A stretch of DNA of 30,336 bases from a virus (taxonomy: Duplodnaviria > Caudoviricetes). Both the position numbers and the translations under genes were made by a program. Below, one piece after another: positions 6,896-16,521 of the stretch. The notes below the pieces were generated by a model. The model was not told where the DNA came from and ran no database searches. It saw nothing but the letters and a program-made list of their open reading frames with translations. Where the stretch lies: positions 1-30,336 of IMG/VR virus record IMGVR_UViG_3300048599_000534, one strand, 5' to 3'. Positions within the stretch are counted from its first letter, which is position 1; every line of letters starts with the position of its first letter.

Positions 6896-7474
6896 ATGAA
6901 AGTGAATAAACGATCAGGTAAATTGGTGATCATTGCAACCCTCGTCGCGGTCTTGCTGTTGTCCATTTTAGTAATTCCTGTTTTGGCTGATGTTCCCAAT
7001 ACTGCAACGGCCGCTCCGGCAGTCCAGGAAGCGGCACTTCCAAACATCGACCTGTCGAGCATTCTGGTGACTATGGCTTCGCTGACTGGAGTCGCTATTT
7101 TCATTTCAGCAGTGACTAATGGATTAAAGCAATTTGGATGGGTTACAGATGGTACTGCAAACGCATGGTCAGCAGGTATGAACCTGGTGGTGCTGATCGG
7201 TCTGATCGTTCTGCAGGTGATCGGAAAAATGGACTTGGTGCCTGTTATTGATTCTCAAGCGGGAGTGATCGCAAGTATATTGACCGCTATGGTTGGCCTC
7301 GTATATCAGATCTGGATCAGTGCAAAGACACATACTGCAGTATTGGCGGGTCTGCCTGTGGTAGGTAAATCCTACAGCGGAAGAGTGGCTGGTGAGCCGT
7401 CTGTTGTCTTGAGTGTGACCAATGTAAGTAACACCTCAGTTCAAACCGAAGATCCGACTACCTCGAAGAGTTGA
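6896..7474 (+). CDS. Multi-pass membrane protein with signal-peptide-like N-terminus (holin-like)
   Basis: GGAGG RBS; basic N-terminus, hydrophobic stretch and VLA-D cleavage-like site; about three further hydrophobic helices; first late gene. Confidence 0.55.
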   Translation: MKVNKRSGKLVIIATLVAVLLLSILVIPVLADVPNTATAAPAVQEAALPNIDLSSILVTMASLTGVAIFISAVTNGLKQFGWVTDGTANAWSAGMNLVVLIGLIVLQVIGKMDLVPVIDSQAGVIASILTAMVGLVYQIWISAKTHTAVLAGLPVVGKSYSGRVAGEPSVVLSVTNVSNTSVQTEDPTTSKS

Positions 7475-7818
7475 CGAACATGGCGCAATATATCATCCCA
7501 GCATTGATCGGACTTGTCGGTATTGTTGCTGGCGCCTGGATACAAGGCGCCTGGAATCGTCGTAAGGTAAAGGCCGAATCGATCAAGGATGAGGCTGATG
7601 CAAATGAACAAATCAGGGAAACGGTTATGGCGTTGATTGACCCCTTGAAGACAAGAATTACAGAGCAAGATAAGAAGATCGATGATCAGAATAAAGTGAT
7701 CAATGATCTGAAGATCGAGCTCCAAGATTGGAAAGATTGGGCCAACGCACTTGTGCAGCAGTTGAAGAGTCTGGGCTGCCATGAACCGGTTCCATTCAAG
7801 AGCTCAAAGGGAAAATAG
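7471..7818 (+). CDS. Membrane-anchored coiled-coil protein (lysis accessory/holin-like)
   Basis: N-terminal TM (YIIPALIGLVGIVAGAWI) then a heptad-rich coiled coil. Confidence 0.5.
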   Translation: MTNMAQYIIPALIGLVGIVAGAWIQGAWNRRKVKAESIKDEADANEQIRETVMALIDPLKTRITEQDKKIDDQNKVINDLKIELQDWKDWANALVQQLKSLGCHEPVPFKSSKGK

Positions 7819-7826
7819 GAATATCC

Positions 7827-8192
7827 ATGCCTAAGCCAGCAATGAGAACATGTTCTCATCCAGGATGCCCAGAGATAGTTACATCTGGTTATTGCTTAAA
7901 GCATAAAACAGATGATAAGAAAGCATCCGGTGAATACAGAAATCCAGCCTGGCAGCGGCTTTATTCCTCAAAAAAATGGCAAATAACCCGCAAAAATCAG
8001 CTAATTAAACACCCTTGGTGCGAGGAATGTTTGCGCGCGAACCCTCCCATTTATACGCCCGCAACTGATGTAGATCACATCGAACCGCACCGAGGAGATA
8101 AAAATCTTTTCTATTATGGCAAATTACAGTCGCTTTGCCACTCTTGCCATTCAAAAAAGACAGCACAAGAAGTTTTTGGGAGGGGAGGGTGA
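7827..8192 (+). CDS. HNH endonuclease (HK97 gp74-like packaging cofactor)
   Basis: CSHPGC...YCLKH; CEEC; DVDHIEPH; LQSLCHSCHSKKT; immediately before terS. Confidence 0.93.
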   Translation: MPKPAMRTCSHPGCPEIVTSGYCLKHKTDDKKASGEYRNPAWQRLYSSKKWQITRKNQLIKHPWCEECLRANPPIYTPATDVDHIEPHRGDKNLFYYGKLQSLCHSCHSKKTAQEVFGRGG

Positions 8193-8276
8193 AAAGTCTA
8201 GAAGTTTGGAGTTCCACAGCGGGCGTGGCCTGGGTTTTTATTCTGTACGGGTTTGGAATTAAAAGGTGGTTTGGAA

Positions 8277-8735
8277 ATGCCTGGTCCTTTACCAAAGAAT
8301 CCTGTGATTAGACAACGCAGGAATAAATCTTCAAGCAGAGCTGTTTTGACCATGACGCCTGAAAACCGAATGGTCAAAAAGCCGAATTTGCCAAGATTGG
8401 ATACTGGTGAGGAGTGGCATCCTATGGCAAGAAAGTTTTGGGAAGACATTTGGGAGTCTCCGATGAGTGCTGAATTCACTCATGGGGACGAACCGGCACT
8501 TTTCAGGCTTGTATTTCTTGTCAATGCTTTTTGGAAAAAGCCCAACCTGGCTGTGTCAAAAGAGATCAGCAGTCTCGAAAAGGAATTTGGGCTGACTCCT
8601 ATGAGTCGAAGACGTTTGGAATGGACCGTGGCCCAATCTGAAGAAGCTAAGGGAAACCACGAGATGAACAGGGCCAATCGAGCAAAGAAAATGATCGACA
8701 GTGAGTTTCTGGATCCACGAGGAGCGTTAGATTAA
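8277..8735 (+). CDS. terS: Terminase small subunit
   Basis: MPGPLPK start after AAAGGTGG; WHPMARKFW; EKEFGLTPMSRRRL; between HNH and terL. Confidence 0.88.
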   Translation: MPGPLPKNPVIRQRRNKSSSRAVLTMTPENRMVKKPNLPRLDTGEEWHPMARKFWEDIWESPMSAEFTHGDEPALFRLVFLVNAFWKKPNLAVSKEISSLEKEFGLTPMSRRRLEWTVAQSEEAKGNHEMNRANRAKKMIDSEFLDPRGALD

Positions 8736-10378
8736 TGACCACATTGATGGTGCCAAAAGATGAGATCAGATACCCGAGCCTGGGCAGGCAGGTTGTTGCC
8801 TGGATCGAGGAAAATCTTGTCTATGGACCGGGAGATCTGCGTGGTCAACCGGTTCAATTGGACCAGGAGAAGCGGGCGTTAGTTTACAGGATGTATGAAG
8901 TTTATCCTGAAGATCATCCATTGGCTGGCCGTCGACGTTTCAAACGCGCTGGTATCAGCTTGCGGAAAGGATCCGCTAAGACTGAGTTTGCAGCGATGAT
9001 CGCAGCTGTAGAGCTTCATCCGGATGGACCGGTTCGCTGTGACGGATTTGATGCAAACGGGGAGCCAGTTGGTTTTGGCGTGACAAACCCGTATATTCCG
9101 ATGGTTGCTTATACAGAAGAGCAAAGTGATGAACTCGCATATTCGTGTTTGATGACGATCCTTCAATATAGCCAGGTTGTGGATGACTTTGATATTGGTC
9201 TTGAGAGGATCATGAGGATCAATGGAGATGGAAAAGCGGTAAGTTTGGCATCCTCTCCGGATTCGCGTGATGGTGCGTTGACCACATTCCAGGTGTGCGA
9301 TGAGACTCACCGCTGGAACATGCGGCGGCTGAAAGATGCTCATAAAACCATGTTGGCCAACACCGTGAAACGGTATATTGCCGACTCATGGACCCTGGAA
9401 GTCACTACCGCTTATTCACCTGGAGAAAATTCAGTCGCAGAAGATACGATGGAATATGCAAAGAAGGTCGCTGAAGGAAAAATATCTGATCCGAAGCTGT
9501 TCTTCTTCCATCGACAGGCGAGTGAAGACAGCGACCTTACCAACCCGGAAGGAATTCGCAAGGCAGTTCTTGAGGCCAGCGGCCCGATCGCGGCCTGGAG
9601 CGATATTGATGGCATCTGCAAAATGTTTGAAGATCCAACGATGGATAAAAGTTATTTGCAGCGTGTCTGGCTGAATCAGATTGTGCGGGGCAGCGAAAAG
9701 GCATTTGATTACAACAAATGGAAATCCCTTGGAGTAAAAGACAACGTTGTTTCTCCAGGATCTTTTATCACTCTTGGATTCGACGGCGCGCGTTGGCATG
9801 ACTCAGTCGCTCTGGTAGGAACCGATATCAAAACAGGGTTTCAATGGCTGTTGGGCTTATGGCAAAAACCGCAAATGTCTGGTGATGTACCAAACACGGC
9901 TGATGAATGGGAAGCTCCGGAAGAAGAAATCAGCGGGGTTGTGGATGCCGCTTTCAATCAGTATTCAGTATGGAGAATGTATTGTGATCCTCCCTATTGG
10001 GAAGCGCAGGTCGCGGCCTGGGCGGGAAAATATGGAGAAAAACGGGTGATCGCATGGTATACGGCCCGTCTGAAACAAATGGCGTACTCCATCCAGACCT
10101 TTAACAACTCGATGAGAGCGGATGAAATTACTCACAGCGGTGATGAAAGATATTCTCAGCACATTGCCAATGCGATCCGGAAGAATTTGAACATGGTCGA
10201 TGAAAAAGGGGATCCGTTGTGGGTGATCTATAAGGAACGCGCTGATTCTCCAAACAAGATCGATGCGGCAATGGCCGGGATCCTTTCCTGGCAGGCCAGA
10301 TGCGATGCTGTTACAGCTGGCGTCACTGGCGAACCTCAAGAAAGTATTTATGAAAAACGCGGGGTGATAACAATATGA
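8735..10378 (+). CDS. terL: Terminase large subunit
   Basis: Walker A-like LRKGSAKT, Walker B VCDETH, TTA coupling motif, nuclease LGFDG...DS and KIDAAMA. Confidence 0.95.
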   Translation: MTTLMVPKDEIRYPSLGRQVVAWIEENLVYGPGDLRGQPVQLDQEKRALVYRMYEVYPEDHPLAGRRRFKRAGISLRKGSAKTEFAAMIAAVELHPDGPVRCDGFDANGEPVGFGVTNPYIPMVAYTEEQSDELAYSCLMTILQYSQVVDDFDIGLERIMRINGDGKAVSLASSPDSRDGALTTFQVCDETHRWNMRRLKDAHKTMLANTVKRYIADSWTLEVTTAYSPGENSVAEDTMEYAKKVAEGKISDPKLFFFHRQASEDSDLTNPEGIRKAVLEASGPIAAWSDIDGICKMFEDPTMDKSYLQRVWLNQIVRGSEKAFDYNKWKSLGVKDNVVSPGSFITLGFDGARWHDSVALVGTDIKTGFQWLLGLWQKPQMSGDVPNTADEWEAPEEEISGVVDAAFNQYSVWRMYCDPPYWEAQVAAWAGKYGEKRVIAWYTARLKQMAYSIQTFNNSMRADEITHSGDERYSQHIANAIRKNLNMVDEKGDPLWVIYKERADSPNKIDAAMAGILSWQARCDAVTAGVTGEPQESIYEKRGVITI

Positions 10379-10560
10379 AAAAGATCGGAATGAAACTATC
10401 AAAAATAATCCCGGCTTTATTGAACCCGGCAGTATTCATTGGCGGATTGGTCTTGTTATCTATCGGGATTTACAAGATTTATCCGCCTGCTATGTTCGTT
10501 GCAGTGGGAATTATTTTGATGGCCATATCCCTTTTTGGCGATGAGAGGAAATCAGAATGA
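10375..10560 (+). CDS. Small two-TM phage membrane protein between terL and portal
   Basis: Two hydrophobic helices; ATGA overlaps at both ends. Confidence 0.7.
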   Translation: MKKIGMKLSKIIPALLNPAVFIGGLVLLSIGIYKIYPPAMFVAVGIILMAISLFGDERKSE

Positions 10561-12107
10561 CGTATCTGCAGAAATTATTCTCGCAAGCTGAAAACTCTCT
10601 GAGTGAAGAAGAGGAACGATTCTGGTCGGATAGTTATCAGCTTAAGACGAATTCAGGAACGCGGGTGACACCAGAAAGTGCATTGAAAATATCCACTGCC
10701 TGGGCATGTATGCGTTTGATCTCAGAGACCGCCGCCATGCTGCCGCGGATAATCTATAAGCGGATGGCAGATGGTGGAAAAACAAGGGCAACCGGGCATC
10801 CTCTTTATGATATTTTGCATAACCAACCAAACAACCTACAAACTGCATTCGAGTTTGTGGACATGATGCAGATGCATTGCCTTTTAAGAGGAAGTGGTTA
10901 TGCAAAAATACTGCCAGGTCCGCGCGGTCCAGTTGATCGATTGATCCCTGTCGTTCCCGATCGGATCCTGGATAAGGAACGGATCGGCGAAGATGCAATG
11001 CGATATAAGGTACTTGAATTGGATGGATCTGTAAATGTCTATTTACAGGATCAGATATTCGAATTGAAAGGTCTATCACTTGACGGCCTTAACACTGTTT
11101 CACCAGTGACCTATAACCGGGAATCATTAGGGCTGACATTGGCGGCGGAAAAATACGGAGCGAAACTATTTTCCAATTACTCCAGGCCGGGCGGGGTATT
11201 GAAGCACCCGGGAGTGTTATCAACCGGGGCCCAGGATCGATTAAGAGACCAGGTAGAAGCCCGCACGAGCGGGGATAATGTTCATCGTGTGATGGTGCTG
11301 GAAGAAGGAATGGAATGGCAGCAGATCAGCTTTTCTCCGGAAGATTCGCAAATGCTGCAGACGCGGGAATTTCAGGCTGAAGATGTCTGCCGGTGGTACA
11401 GGACTAACCCGATCATGGTGGGTCTGACAAGCAAGACTACCAGCTGGGGCAGCGGCGTGTATGAGCTTTCGCAGGGATTCATCAATTTTACGATGATGCC
11501 TTGGCTAACCCGTTGGGAGCAATTGGTTTCCAAAGATCTTATTGTTGCCAGTGATCAATATTACATGGAATATCTTACCGAAGCTTTGATGAAAGGGGAC
11601 CTTCTCAAACGGTATCAGGCATATGCGATCGGTAGAAATTGGGGTTGGTTGGCTACAAACGATGTGCTGAAGAAAGAGAATATGAATCCAACTTCATTTG
11701 GTGATGATGATTATTTGACACCAATGAATATGGATCGATCCATGGATTTGGGTATTGGAAATGATTCAAGCAATCAAAACGATAAAAAGGATTCGAACCA
11801 GAATGCGCACTATAGGAAGTTAGTACAGGAATCGGCGGCAAGAGCTGCAAGGAAAGAGCTTGCTGCTATGACCCATGCGGCTGAAAAGAAAGAATCTTCA
11901 GACTGGTATGCAGCCGTCAATGCATTTTACAAGGATCATGTCGAGTTTGTCGCTCAAACAATGTGTATTTCGTTCAAATCCGCGTCTGAATACGCTGAAA
12001 GAGGACGGCTTGAGCTGACTGAAAAAGGTCCGTTAGCACTTGAAGGATGGGCCGACCGGCGGGCATCTGAACTTACGAGAATCACCTTGATGGAGGTAAT
12101 GAAATAA
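10557..12107 (+). CDS. Portal protein, HK97 family, with C-terminal extension
   Basis: VTPESALKISTAWACMRLISE; HPLYDILHNQPN; VLEEGMEWQQI; DSQMLQTREF. Confidence 0.95.
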   Translation: MTYLQKLFSQAENSLSEEEERFWSDSYQLKTNSGTRVTPESALKISTAWACMRLISETAAMLPRIIYKRMADGGKTRATGHPLYDILHNQPNNLQTAFEFVDMMQMHCLLRGSGYAKILPGPRGPVDRLIPVVPDRILDKERIGEDAMRYKVLELDGSVNVYLQDQIFELKGLSLDGLNTVSPVTYNRESLGLTLAAEKYGAKLFSNYSRPGGVLKHPGVLSTGAQDRLRDQVEARTSGDNVHRVMVLEEGMEWQQISFSPEDSQMLQTREFQAEDVCRWYRTNPIMVGLTSKTTSWGSGVYELSQGFINFTMMPWLTRWEQLVSKDLIVASDQYYMEYLTEALMKGDLLKRYQAYAIGRNWGWLATNDVLKKENMNPTSFGDDDYLTPMNMDRSMDLGIGNDSSNQNDKKDSNQNAHYRKLVQESAARAARKELAAMTHAAEKKESSDWYAAVNAFYKDHVEFVAQTMCISFKSASEYAERGRLELTEKGPLALEGWADRRASELTRITLMEVMK

Positions 12108-13033
12108 TGAGCAAAATATCCAGAAATTTAATGCAAACCCCCTGGGCTATCCTGCCGGAAAAACTCGAAATTATCGTGGCAGTTGTCAACAGGCATTTCG
12201 CGGGAGAGCGGCTTTCTGCAGAAGAGGTAGAGATGCAGATCCAGGGAGCGACTAGGCCGCCGGAGCGTACCGTTGGTACCGTGGCAGTGCTTCCATTATT
12301 TGGAACCATCTTCCCGAGAGCGAATCTATTCACTCAATCAAGCGGCGGAACCAGCGCTGAGTTATTCGGGAAACGATTTGACGAACTTCTCAACGATCCG
12401 TCAGTAGGAGCAATCATCATCGATGTTGATTCTCCAGGCGGGCAGGTGTCCGGTATCCAGGAATTGAGCAAAAAAATCTTTGACGCCAGGGGCGTGAAAC
12501 CGATCATCGCTGTATCGAATTATCTCGCCGCCTCTGCTGCCTATTGGATCGCAACCTCAGCTGATGAATTGGTGGTTGCTCCGAGCGGTGAAGTAGGATC
12601 CATCGGGGTGTTTACGGTCCATGAGGATGACAGTGTTTATCTTGATAAGGAAGGTGTCAAGATGACCATGATTTATGACGGGAAATACAAAACCGAGGGC
12701 AATTCATACGAACCCCTTTCCGATGAAGCGAAGAATGCCATTCAAGGTCGTGTAAGTGAAATCTACGATATGTTTGTGAAAGATGTGGCCAGAAATCGGG
12801 GAGTAAAGATTACTGATGTGCGAGATGGTTTTGGACAGGGTCGTGTTGTTGGTTCAAAAAAAGCTGTTGATCTTGGGATGGCTGACAGGATCGGTACGAT
12901 GGATGAGACCATTCAGCGGGTACAAAAGATGCTGATCAAGCGGCCCAGCAGCCAAAAAGCAAGTGCAGATCTTGATTTTCGCAAACGCCGAATGCGTTTG
13001 AATGAAAATTCCGGCTCCTTTGAACCGGATTGA
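12107..13033 (+). CDS. Prohead protease, S49/SppA family
   Basis: DVDSPGG, AASAAYWIA, GSIGV, GKYK, GMADRIGT. Confidence 0.93.
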   Translation: MSKISRNLMQTPWAILPEKLEIIVAVVNRHFAGERLSAEEVEMQIQGATRPPERTVGTVAVLPLFGTIFPRANLFTQSSGGTSAELFGKRFDELLNDPSVGAIIIDVDSPGGQVSGIQELSKKIFDARGVKPIIAVSNYLAASAAYWIATSADELVVAPSGEVGSIGVFTVHEDDSVYLDKEGVKMTMIYDGKYKTEGNSYEPLSDEAKNAIQGRVSEIYDMFVKDVARNRGVKITDVRDGFGQGRVVGSKKAVDLGMADRIGTMDETIQRVQKMLIKRPSSQKASADLDFRKRRMRLNENSGSFEPD

Positions 13034-13085
13034 ACCGCTCCATAGAGCAAATAATCACTCAACTATTTTAGAAAAGAGGTAAAAG

Positions 13086-14360
13086 ATGGATAAAGTTTTT
13101 GCAGGATTACTCCAGGAGCGTGCCGATCTGGTCGCTGAGGGTAAAAAAATGTACGACAAGGCAGAGGCTGAATCACGGGAACTCACTGCCGAGGAAAAGA
13201 CCCGTGATGACCAGATCAACGCCCGCCTCGGAGAACTCAAAGGTGAAATCAGCCGCCAAGAGGCGCGCCGTGAGCGTGAACGTGAAGTTGCTGCCATGCC
13301 AAAGATTGACGGCATGCACAACCGCGCTGAAGACGATCCAAAACGAGGTTTTTCAGATGTTGGTGAGTTTGCCCTGGCAGTGAAATCTATGTGCACTCCC
13401 GGCGGATCTGATGACCGCCTGAAACTGAGTGCCGCGGCAACCGATTACCTTCATACCGAAACCGGGTCGGATGAAGGCCGTATGGTCCCGCCCGCATTCC
13501 GCGATCAGATCTGGGAAGTTGCCAACGGCGATGGTTCTCTTCTGGAAGAATGCAACCCAGAACCCACAGATAAGAACTCTGTCGAGTTCCTGAAGGATGA
13601 GACCACCCCCTGGGGAGCCACGGGTATCCAGGCCAAATGGCGTGGTGAAAAGAGCCAGATGACCCCGAGTAAATTATCCACCGAAGCCGAGTTGATGAAA
13701 CTGCAGGAATTGTACGTTTTCGTCAACGCCACTGATGATCTTCTGGCTGATGCTCCGCGGTTGGCTGATCGCTTGACCCGTAAATCCGGGCAGGCCATCC
13801 AATGGAAGATCAATGAAGCCATCCCGAACGGCAGCGGCGTTGGACAGCCTCTCGGTTATACCAAGTCCAATGCGTTGGTGACCGTTTCGAAAGAATCATC
13901 CCAGACCGCGGATACTGTTGTGGCTGCTAATATCGCAAAGATGTTCTCCCGGATGATCAACCCGGGTCGGGCCACCTGGAAGGTCAATCAGGATGTCCTG
14001 CCGCAGTTGATGCTCATGACCCTGGGAAACCAGCCAATCTGGACTCCGCCCAGCAGCGGTTTCCAAAACGCTCCAGGCGGTTATCTTCTCGGGCGTCCTG
14101 TCCAGTTCCTTGAGAACTGCGCAACTATCGGCGATAAGGGTGATATCCAATTCGTTAACCTGTACGAAGGATATTATGCCATCACCGGAATGGGCGGAGT
14201 GAAATTCGCAAGCTCGATTCATCTGTACTTCGATTACGGGCTGCAGTCCTTCCGCTGGACATTCAAGATGAATGGTCAGCCGTATCTGTCGAAACCGATC
14301 ACCCCGGCCAATGGTTCGAATACCCGCAGCCATTTTGTTGTAATGGAAGCCCGCGGGTAA
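13086..14360 (+). CDS. Major capsid protein, HK97 fold with N-terminal delta domain
   Basis: Coiled-coil N-terminus; EGRMVP; GSGVGQPLG; LLGRPV; SIHLYFD...FRW. Confidence 0.93.
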   Translation: MDKVFAGLLQERADLVAEGKKMYDKAEAESRELTAEEKTRDDQINARLGELKGEISRQEARREREREVAAMPKIDGMHNRAEDDPKRGFSDVGEFALAVKSMCTPGGSDDRLKLSAAATDYLHTETGSDEGRMVPPAFRDQIWEVANGDGSLLEECNPEPTDKNSVEFLKDETTPWGATGIQAKWRGEKSQMTPSKLSTEAELMKLQELYVFVNATDDLLADAPRLADRLTRKSGQAIQWKINEAIPNGSGVGQPLGYTKSNALVTVSKESSQTADTVVAANIAKMFSRMINPGRATWKVNQDVLPQLMLMTLGNQPIWTPPSSGFQNAPGGYLLGRPVQFLENCATIGDKGDIQFVNLYEGYYAITGMGGVKFASSIHLYFDYGLQSFRWTFKMNGQPYLSKPITPANGSNTRSHFVVMEARG

Positions 14361-14378
14361 TTAGATAGGTTATCAACA

Positions 14379-14408
14379 CTCTGGTGGTCTATAAGTAGGC
14401 CACCAGAG
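14379..14408. terminator. Stem-loop after the capsid gene (transcript stabiliser or weak terminator)
   Basis: CTCTGGTGGTCTA-taag-TAGGCCACCAGAG; no T-tract on the + strand. Confidence 0.5.
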
Positions 14409-14431
14409 AAAATGAGTAGAAAAGGAAACTT

Positions 14432-14875
14432 ATGAACCCAAATATTTTACCTTCAAGCCAATTTGCCTTACTGGATGCCAAGGATCCAGTAAGCCAGGCG
14501 GCTGCTACCGTTACCACCGATTGGTTGTCGATGGCTGAATATGATTCCGTTCTGGCCCTGATCGAAACCGGGGCATTGGGAACTGCGGCCACTGTTGATG
14601 CTAAATTGCGTCAGGCAAAGGATTCCTCCGGAACCAGCGCAAAGGATATCACTGGAAAGGCGATCACTCAATTGGTGAAAGCCAGCAACGACAATAACCA
14701 GGTAATGATCAACTGCCGCGGTGATGAATTGGATGTGAACAATGGTTTTACCTATGTTCAACTTTCAATTACCGTTGGAACAGCCGCCAGTTTGATCTCA
14801 GCCCAGGTCTTTGGTTTCTATCCGCGGTATCAACCAGCGTCTCACAACGCCAGCGTAGTGGAAATCGTCGAATAA
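14432..14875 (+). CDS. Putative capsid decoration/cement protein
   Basis: Beta-rich 147 aa directly after the capsid gene; DWLSMAEY, LRQAKDSSGT-AKDI, ELDVNNGFTYV. Confidence 0.6.
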   Translation: MNPNILPSSQFALLDAKDPVSQAAATVTTDWLSMAEYDSVLALIETGALGTAATVDAKLRQAKDSSGTSAKDITGKAITQLVKASNDNNQVMINCRGDELDVNNGFTYVQLSITVGTAASLISAQVFGFYPRYQPASHNASVVEIVE

Positions 14876-14899
14876 TCTCTAAATTAAGGAGAAAAGAGC

Positions 14900-15403
14900 A
14901 TGGCCAATATCTTAACAACTACAGAGGCTGCAACAGTCTTGCGATGTTCAGTGGATGACCCGAGCATGTTGGCCATGCTTCCTGGAATTGACGCTTCGCT
15001 GTTCAAAGCAACCGGCCATGCCTGGGCTCTGGATAATCCAATCAACGAAATCGCTAAAAGCGCCGCACGAATGATGCTTGTCCAATGGCATGAGAATCCG
15101 GGAATGGTCGGAAGCGACCAGCCTTTGAGTTTTGGTCTATCTGCCACCATCATGCAGCTTAAAGCCATCGCCATGCTGTACATGGAATTTTTTGGATGCA
15201 ATGGCGTTGGATCCTGCTATCTGCCTTATGCACATTATGGGGATAAAGTCGATAGTTTGGTCGATCTCTCCGGTGAAACTGGAGATCAATCCACCTCTTT
15301 TGAGACCTATATTTCTTGCAGCGGCCAGATCCAACAGATCAGCGAGAGTGACCTATCTGAGGTGCTGTTCCGGGTGAAATTGACGCCGAAGGAGGAGCTA
15401 TGA
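14900..15403 (+). CDS. Head-tail connector (gp6-like) with C-terminal extension
   Basis: ILTTTEAATVLR...LFKATG...AKSAARMMLVQWHENP; position. Confidence 0.8.
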   Translation: MANILTTTEAATVLRCSVDDPSMLAMLPGIDASLFKATGHAWALDNPINEIAKSAARMMLVQWHENPGMVGSDQPLSFGLSATIMQLKAIAMLYMEFFGCNGVGSCYLPYAHYGDKVDSLVDLSGETGDQSTSFETYISCSGQIQQISESDLSEVLFRVKLTPKEEL

Positions 15404-15747
15404 AACTCAACGGCGCGATGATCAACCCGGGGGAGTTGAATACTCAGATCACACTGCAGAAACCAACGATCGGTAAAGCGGCTGGGGGCGCGCAGGTGGT
15501 GACCTGGTCGACTCTGGCAACTATATGGGCCAGGTGGACCAATGTGCATGGGTCCGAAGTATGGCAGAGCCAGGCTGTCCAGGCTATCAATCCGGCAACG
15601 GTATTGATCCGTTATCGGTCTGATGTGACTACGGCCTGCTCTATCCTGAAAGGTTCCACCCTCTTTGAGATCGTCAGTATCGACAACATCTTGGAGCGCA
15701 ATGAGTATTTGGGGCTGAAAGTTAAAAGCATGAAAGGGAGCGTTTAA
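15400..15747 (+). CDS. Head closure / head-tail adaptor (SPP1 gp16-like)
   Basis: GELNTQITLQ, WSTLATIWA, IRYRSDV, FEIVSI. Confidence 0.88.
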   Translation: MKLNGAMINPGELNTQITLQKPTIGKAAGGAQVVTWSTLATIWARWTNVHGSEVWQSQAVQAINPATVLIRYRSDVTTACSILKGSTLFEIVSIDNILERNEYLGLKVKSMKGSV

Positions 15748-15748
15748 C

Positions 15749-16177
15749 ATGACGTGCCGAGTATCCTCCAGCGCAAAAGGGATCACCGATCTGATGGAAC
15801 TCCTCGAGCAGAAGGGCCTGGATGTGGATGCCGCTGCGGGAAGGGCTTTGACCGCCGGGGGTATGGAGATCCTGGATGGAATGCTTGAAGAGGTCCCGGT
15901 AGGGGATATCGACTTCGATCCACACCCGGGACAGCTGCGGCGAACTCTGACCATCACCAAACCTAAAAGGAAGGGTAACTATACCTTCGTGGAAGTTGGA
16001 ATGCCGAAAAACGCACCGGCAGATGTGGCCCGTTATGGCAATGCCCAGGAGTATGGATACAGAAGAGGCGGAAAGCATTATCCGGCCCAATCCTATATCC
16101 GGGCAGGATTCGACAAGAAGAAGGGCTCTTATAGAAAGGCAGTCAAGGAATCTCTCGTGAAGGACGGCATGGCATGA
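15749..16177 (+). CDS. HK97 gp10-family neck/tail protein
   Basis: VPV...GQLRRTL, YGNAQEYG, HYPAQSYIRAGFD. Confidence 0.85.
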   Translation: MTCRVSSSAKGITDLMELLEQKGLDVDAAAGRALTAGGMEILDGMLEEVPVGDIDFDPHPGQLRRTLTITKPKRKGNYTFVEVGMPKNAPADVARYGNAQEYGYRRGGKHYPAQSYIRAGFDKKKGSYRKAVKESLVKDGMA

Positions 16178-16509
16178 CGACCATTTTTGAACAGGTGGAA
16201 GACGCTCTGGATACATTGAATGTTCCTTATGGAATGGGAACTTACCTGTGCAACGGCGTGCTGCCGAACCAGTATATGGTCTATCAGATGATCGATGGCG
16301 TGGCGAGCCAACATGCGGACGATCTCGAGACACAGCGTATTTATCGAATTCAGGTCGATATTTACGATCGAAGCGGTCTAGTGAACCTTCCGGACGTAGA
16401 CGCGGCCATGCTGGCTGCAGGTTTCGTAAAAGGTCCAGAAAGGCAATTGGACAGCGAAAATGCAACAGATCATTTTGGTCTATCTAAAGACTATTTCAAA
16501 TTATGTTAG
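16174..16509 (+). CDS. Tail terminator/completion protein
   Basis: YMVY...HADD...IQVDIY...AMLAAGF; position before the major tail gene. Confidence 0.75.
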   Translation: MTTIFEQVEDALDTLNVPYGMGTYLCNGVLPNQYMVYQMIDGVASQHADDLETQRIYRIQVDIYDRSGLVNLPDVDAAMLAAGFVKGPERQLDSENATDHFGLSKDYFKLC

Positions 16510-16521
16510 GAGGTGAAACAA

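Noticed and set aside
8178-8192. HNH protein ends in GRGG, resembling a ubiquitin-like C-terminus
   Set aside because: It is a standard packaging HNH, not a beta-grasp fold; the Gly codons come from the G-run at the probable cos region.
15307-16465. Long minus-strand ORFs (217 aa and 247 aa) over the neck genes
   Set aside because: They lie antisense to well-supported structural genes; composition is typical of non-coding frames.
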